A stretch of DNA of 11,820 nt from Alphaproteobacteria bacterium (GTDB lineage Bacteria; Pseudomonadota; Alphaproteobacteria; UBA8317), in assembly GCA_038131935.1 (NCBI GenBank), contig JAYPQH010000041.1:1-11820 (forward strand), given 5' to 3'. Both the position numbers and the translations under genes were made by a program. Of the stretch, positions 8,053-11,820 are shown piece after piece. The notes below the pieces were generated by a model. It searched no databases, was not told the DNA's origin, and saw only the letters and a list, made by a program, of their open reading frames with translations. Numbering within the stretch: position 1 is the stretch's first letter; every line of letters starts with the position of its first letter.

Positions 8053-9019
8053 GTATCGCCCTAACCAACCAACAAATTCTTGCGCAGGCCATGACATGGT
8101 TTCGTGAAGGGCATAACGTTAAACTAGCAACCGTCATCAAAACCTGGGGATCAGCGCCCCGTCCCGCAGGTTCATTGATGGCCATAAAGTTACCTATGGA
8201 TATCGTAGGGTCAGTTTCAGGTATGTTGAAAATGATGTTGTTATGCAAACTCATCTTGGTGAGAATGAGGTCATACTTGCTGATTATGGTGTGTCAGACG
8301 AACAAGCTTTTGCGGTTGGATTAGCATGTGGCGGTAGCATAACTGTTTCTATACAAAATTTCCCAGGAGACGCGTTCCCTGCAGAGGTTGGCCATCGCCA
8401 AAGCCATGGTTTTTTGGTGCAAAATATACAAGATGGCGCTCTACAATATGTATCACTCAAAGATGCAAAACAACATAAATGGTATAAGGAACAACAAGAA
8501 GAACCTTGGATGTATCCTGATACAGATCACTCGATTTTTGTTAACCCCATGTTTCCACCTCTTCGAATTGTGATCATTGGTGCCGTGCATACCGCGCAAT
8601 ATCTTGCAAACCTCGCTCATACAATTGGTTATGACACGGATATTATTGACCCCAGAGAAGCATTTTTAGACAAAGACCGTTTTCCAGAAAGCAACTTAAT
8701 AAATGGATGGCCTGATGAGGTTCTAACTTCTGACTATCTAGACAGGTCAAGTTGTGTCGTTTCCCTTACCCATGATGAAAAGATTGATGATCCTGGACTA
8801 CAAGCTGCCCTGCGCTCTGATGTCTTTTATATAGGTGCGTTGGGATCAAGAAAAACGCATGCAAAACGTTGCGAGCGGTTGCAACAACAAGGGTTTGGTG
8901 AGGAAGACCTTCAACGAATTCATGCACCTGTTGGCCTCAATATTGGTAGCAGAGGGCCAGGTGAAATAGCCTTGTCCATCCTTGCACAAATTACCCAAAG
9001 CTGGCGGACAAAATCGTGA
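8049..9019 (+). CDS. xdhC: XdhC/CoxF family Moco-binding chaperone, frameshifted at about 8223 (probable sequence error)
   Basis: The N-terminal 'LATVIKTWGSAPRPAGSLM...GSVSG' continues in the next frame as 'VENDVV...YGVSDEQAFAVGLACGG'. The C-terminal XdhC_C domain has 'IIGAVH.AQ.L', 'IDPREAF', 'LTHDEKIDD', 'FYIGALGSRKTH', 'RIHAPVGLNIG..GPGEIALSILAQI'. Confidence 0.92.
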
Positions 9020-10599
9020 ATATCAAGACCATAACAACTTCTGACGCACAGGGTTGTTACTTGGGAAAAACAATCCGCCATGATGGATTGGTACTCAGGC
9101 GTGGCCGCAAATTAGATGAAGACGATATATGTCGCCTTCAAGATAAGAATATAGGTCGCATTGATATCCTAAAGATTACAGAAAATGATGTTTTGGAAGA
9201 TGAAGCCGCTAATATTCTGGCCACAGATCTTGTAGCTGAAGGTACATATCTTACTGATTCACTTCGGGGACGTGTGAATGTCCATGCGGCGCATGCTGGA
9301 TTGTTCTCTGTTGATCCAACTATTGTGACCAAGATACATACATTAGATGCTATCACCCTCGCCACTGGACGAAATATGACAACAGTGAACGCAGGAATGT
9401 TGCTGGCGAGTTTAAAAATTGTTCCCTTTATGATTTCCAAGGATATGTTGGAGGCCGTTAAACGGGACATTGAACCGGCATTACGTGTTTTTCCATGGGC
9501 ATTGAAAAAAATATCCATGGTGGCGACGACATTTTCTGATGAGAAAAGTCAGCGCATTCAGTCGAAATTTCTTGAAACGACTTCAACCCGTTTGCGTCAG
9601 CGTGGTGTTCAAGACATCCTTAAACATCAAATAATTCATGAGCCTTCAATGGTTCAAGAGATCCTCGCCAGATTGCCCTTAGATAGCCCGGTACTTTTTT
9701 TAGGTGCGGAAGCTTCAATGGAAAATGATGATTTGTTACCTTCACTACCCCATGTGACTTGGACCCGAGCCGGGATACCAACCGATCCAGGAAATCTCAT
9801 GTGGGTAGGCAAAGACCACAGCGTTGTGGGAGCACCGCGAGATATCATTATCGTACCAGGATGCGCACGGAGCCTAGAACATAATGGCTTTGATGATGTT
9901 CTCGACCTGTTGTGCAGTGGGCATAGCCTAACACGCGATAGGCTTGATGCGTTGGCAGTTGGCGGACTTTATAAAACAACGAATATTTTTTCTGAACGTG
10001 GACTGCAGCAACAAGAATATTCTTTAAGATCAATTATATTAGCAGCAGGGAAAGGTGAACGTTTTCAAAATGGCCCCAAACCCCTTGCAGCCTGGGGACA
10101 ACAAACTTTTGTGCAACAAGTTCATGACCTTGCCAGAGCCTATCAACCTCTGCTTGTCACCCGACCTGATCTTGTCAATTCTATTACCTCTTTGCTCCCC
10201 AATACCCAAATACTATCAAATCAGGATTGGAAAAATGGAATCAGTAGCTCATTAAAGAGTGGTTTGGCTGAAATTGAGGATGACCAAGATATTATTGTAT
10301 TTTTATGCGATATGCCTGCGATCAGACCCGAAACAATTGCTATGCTGGTTCAGTGTTATCAACAAAGTGACGGCAGTAGAGCTTTTGCACCTCGTTATAG
10401 AGGAACACGTGGTCATCCCGTCATTATTCCCCGTTCAATGTTTTCAATGATAAAAAATGCGCATGGAGATATTGGCCTTGGCCCACTTTTAAAAGAAGGC
10501 ATCAATTTATGCACCGTTCATGTGGATGATCCAGGGGTGGTGTTGGATATTGATACCAATGATGATTGGACATTGATACATGGGAAGATGCATCCATGA
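9016..10599 (+). CDS. mocA: Fusion of an N-terminal MoeA-like molybdopterin-binding domain and a C-terminal MocA-like molybdenum cofactor cytidylyltransferase (NTP_transf_3)
   Basis: N-terminal part: 'DV.EDEAA', 'GRVNVHA', 'AITLAT', 'LKIVPF', 'GIPTDPGNL', 'PGCARS..HNGFD.VL', 'VGGL'. C-terminal part: 'IILAAGKGERF..GPKPL', 'GISSSLKSG', 'FLCDMP', 'GHPVII', 'GDIG', 'DIDT'. Confidence 0.88.
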   Translation: MNIKTITTSDAQGCYLGKTIRHDGLVLRRGRKLDEDDICRLQDKNIGRIDILKITENDVLEDEAANILATDLVAEGTYLTDSLRGRVNVHAAHAGLFSVDPTIVTKIHTLDAITLATGRNMTTVNAGMLLASLKIVPFMISKDMLEAVKRDIEPALRVFPWALKKISMVATTFSDEKSQRIQSKFLETTSTRLRQRGVQDILKHQIIHEPSMVQEILARLPLDSPVLFLGAEASMENDDLLPSLPHVTWTRAGIPTDPGNLMWVGKDHSVVGAPRDIIIVPGCARSLEHNGFDDVLDLLCSGHSLTRDRLDALAVGGLYKTTNIFSERGLQQQEYSLRSIILAAGKGERFQNGPKPLAAWGQQTFVQQVHDLARAYQPLLVTRPDLVNSITSLLPNTQILSNQDWKNGISSSLKSGLAEIEDDQDIIVFLCDMPAIRPETIAMLVQCYQQSDGSRAFAPRYRGTRGHPVIIPRSMFSMIKNAHGDIGLGPLLKEGINLCTVHVDDPGVVLDIDTNDDWTLIHGKMHP

Positions 10600-10976
10600 G
10601 CAACCTACCCTTTGATATACATGTTCTTCGTCATGCCAATTTGTATCACCACGCAGACCTCACTAAGGCTACCCTCCACGCAACAAAATTTAGTCGCACT
10701 TGCGGGGATGTTTGCCATGCAGGTATTTGGTTGAAACATGCAGAACCGCATATGATTGGATTTCGCATGGAAGCCTGCCTATTTGCACAAGCATCAGCAG
10801 GGATACTCTTAGATCACCCCATCGTTGACTTGAAAAACTTATGGGAAAGGCCATTCGTGAATTTTAACCTTGAGGATTTTGATGAACGATATGCTGTGTT
10901 GAAAAACCATCCTACGCGTTTGCAATGCATAAATTTACCTATTGAAACCTTGCGCCTTGCAATGCATGAAAAATGA
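10596..10976 (+). CDS. NifU_N / SufU-like iron-sulfur scaffold or sulfur-transfer protein
   Basis: 126 aa from the ATG at 10596 (ATGA overlap with the upstream stop). Motifs 'SRTCGD' (C36, D38), 'EACLFAQASA' (C61) and 'HPTRLQC..LP' (C111) match the SufU Cys/Asp/Cys/Cys pattern. The IscU LPPVK motif is absent. Confidence 0.8.
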   Translation: MSNLPFDIHVLRHANLYHHADLTKATLHATKFSRTCGDVCHAGIWLKHAEPHMIGFRMEACLFAQASAGILLDHPIVDLKNLWERPFVNFNLEDFDERYAVLKNHPTRLQCINLPIETLRLAMHEK

Positions 10977-11024
10977 CATACCTACCGGTTAGTTAAAAAT
11001 ACATCTAACGATGCAGGATTGGTC

Positions 11025-11576
11025 ATGAGATTTTTGTCTATATTTTTGATGCTGCTCACATGCATTCTGTCAAGCCTATCACCTTCTCATAATGCCCAAG
11101 CTGGAACAGCGTATGATTTTACATTTCGTGGTATTGATGGCGGTGACATTAACCTCAACGATTTTCGTGGCAAGGTTTTATTGGTTGTAAACACAGCATC
11201 ACGTTGTGGATACACACACCAATATGCGGGACTGCAAACATTGTTTGATACCTACAAAGATGATGGCTTTGTGGTCCTGGGTGTCCCTTCACATGATTTC
11301 TCCCAGGAACCTCTTTCAAATGCTGCCGTTAAAGAATTTTGTGAAGTACAATTTGGCATTAACTTCCCTATGGCTGCCAAAACATCCGTAAAAACAAAGC
11401 AAAAACACCCTTTCTATTCCTGGACACAACAGCAACTTGGTCGACAAGGCATTCCATCTTGGAATTTTCATAAAATTTTGATCAACAGACAAGGACAAGC
11501 AATAAAAGGCTATTCACCTGCTGTGACACCTTTGGCGCGTTTGTTGGTTGATGATATCAAACAAGCATTAGAGTGA
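11025..11576 (+). CDS. Glutathione peroxidase family protein (Cys-type, thioredoxin-dependent-like) with N-terminal signal peptide
   Basis: Motifs 'GKVLLVVNTASRCGYT.QY.GLQ.L', 'LGVPSHDF.QEP', 'FC' (candidate resolving Cys), 'HPFY.W', 'WNFHK.LI'. The N-terminus MRFLSIFLMLLTCILSSL...AQA is signal-like. AGGA (11015-11018) precedes the ATG at 11025. Confidence 0.93.
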   Translation: MRFLSIFLMLLTCILSSLSPSHNAQAGTAYDFTFRGIDGGDINLNDFRGKVLLVVNTASRCGYTHQYAGLQTLFDTYKDDGFVVLGVPSHDFSQEPLSNAAVKEFCEVQFGINFPMAAKTSVKTKQKHPFYSWTQQQLGRQGIPSWNFHKILINRQGQAIKGYSPAVTPLARLLVDDIKQALE

Positions 11577-11820
11577 TCACGTTGTAGCTTGGGCATCAGC
11601 CCATAACCATGCTGCACCTCGCACACCACTTGCATCACCAAATTTTGCGGGCATGATTTTTACATCAACAACATCACTAAAAATATATTTTTTTATTTTC
11701 TGAGGCAGAGCTTCATACAAAAGCGTCTGATTTGAAAGTCCACCACCCAAGATAATGATATTTGGATCAAGGATATTGATTGTTTGAGCCAACCCCCTTG
11801 CAAGTTGGTCAATATAATTA
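11577..11820 (-). CDS. mak: ROK family sugar kinase (fructokinase Mak-like), 3' portion only
   Basis: The frame is open to the window edge: ...NYIDQLARGLAQTINILDPNIIILGGGLSN...AKFGDASGVRGAAWLW, a C-terminus characteristic of Mak-type ROK fructokinases. Confidence 0.85.
   Translation of the reverse strand, partial: NYIDQLARGLAQTINILDPNIIILGGGLSNQTLLYEALPQKIKKYIFSDVVDVKIMPAKFGDASGVRGAAWLWADAQATT

Noticed and set aside
7127-8254. Antisense ORFs inside coxE/xdhC (e.g. 7422-7973, 183 aa) and similar shadow ORFs across the window
   Set aside because: They lie entirely opposite or within well-supported genes and have no recognisable motifs, consistent with shadow ORFs.
6021-9019. Calling coxD and xdhC true pseudogenes or programmed frameshift genes
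   Set aside because: The indels sit in short mono- and dinucleotide runs, also hit a tRNA and the DMT gene, and all motifs are otherwise intact. No slippery heptamer with downstream structure was seen. Sequencing error is more parsimonious, though unproven without reads.
5425-10599. Concluding the organism oxidises CO
   Set aside because: There is no coxL in the window. CoxD/E/F/G and MocA homologues also serve other xanthine-oxidase-family molybdoenzymes.
11190-11215. Selenocysteine in the Gpx active site
   Set aside because: The peroxidatic residue is encoded by TGT (Cys) in 'TASRCG', and there is no in-frame TGA.

Overview
Low-GC alphaproteobacterial chromosomal segment (lineage inferred from gene content) with no mobile element, integrase or CRISPR. 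The left half, mostly on the minus strand, carries the 5' part of a tRNA (Arg-like), an NDUFS4-like 'ETC complex I subunit' gene, three membrane transporters (EamA/DMT, LysE, YcaD-like MFS), tRNA-Pro(UGG), DUF192 and nhaA. The right half, on the plus strand, is a translationally coupled molybdoenzyme-maturation operon: coxG-coxD(MoxR AAA+)-coxE(VWA)-xdhC/coxF-[MoeA-like::MocA fusion]-SufU/NifU_N-like. A secreted Cys-type glutathione peroxidase and the 3' end of a convergent ROK sugar kinase follow. Two features stand out. The cox accessory operon has no coxS/L/M catalytic genes, since coxG overlaps coxD directly. It also ends in a His-rich SufU-like gene, which suggests a stand-alone module for Moco sulfuration and insertion. 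Several small indels in short runs (DMT C-terminus, tRNA-Pro T-arm, coxD, xdhC, probably DUF192) look like long-read consensus errors rather than true pseudogenes.
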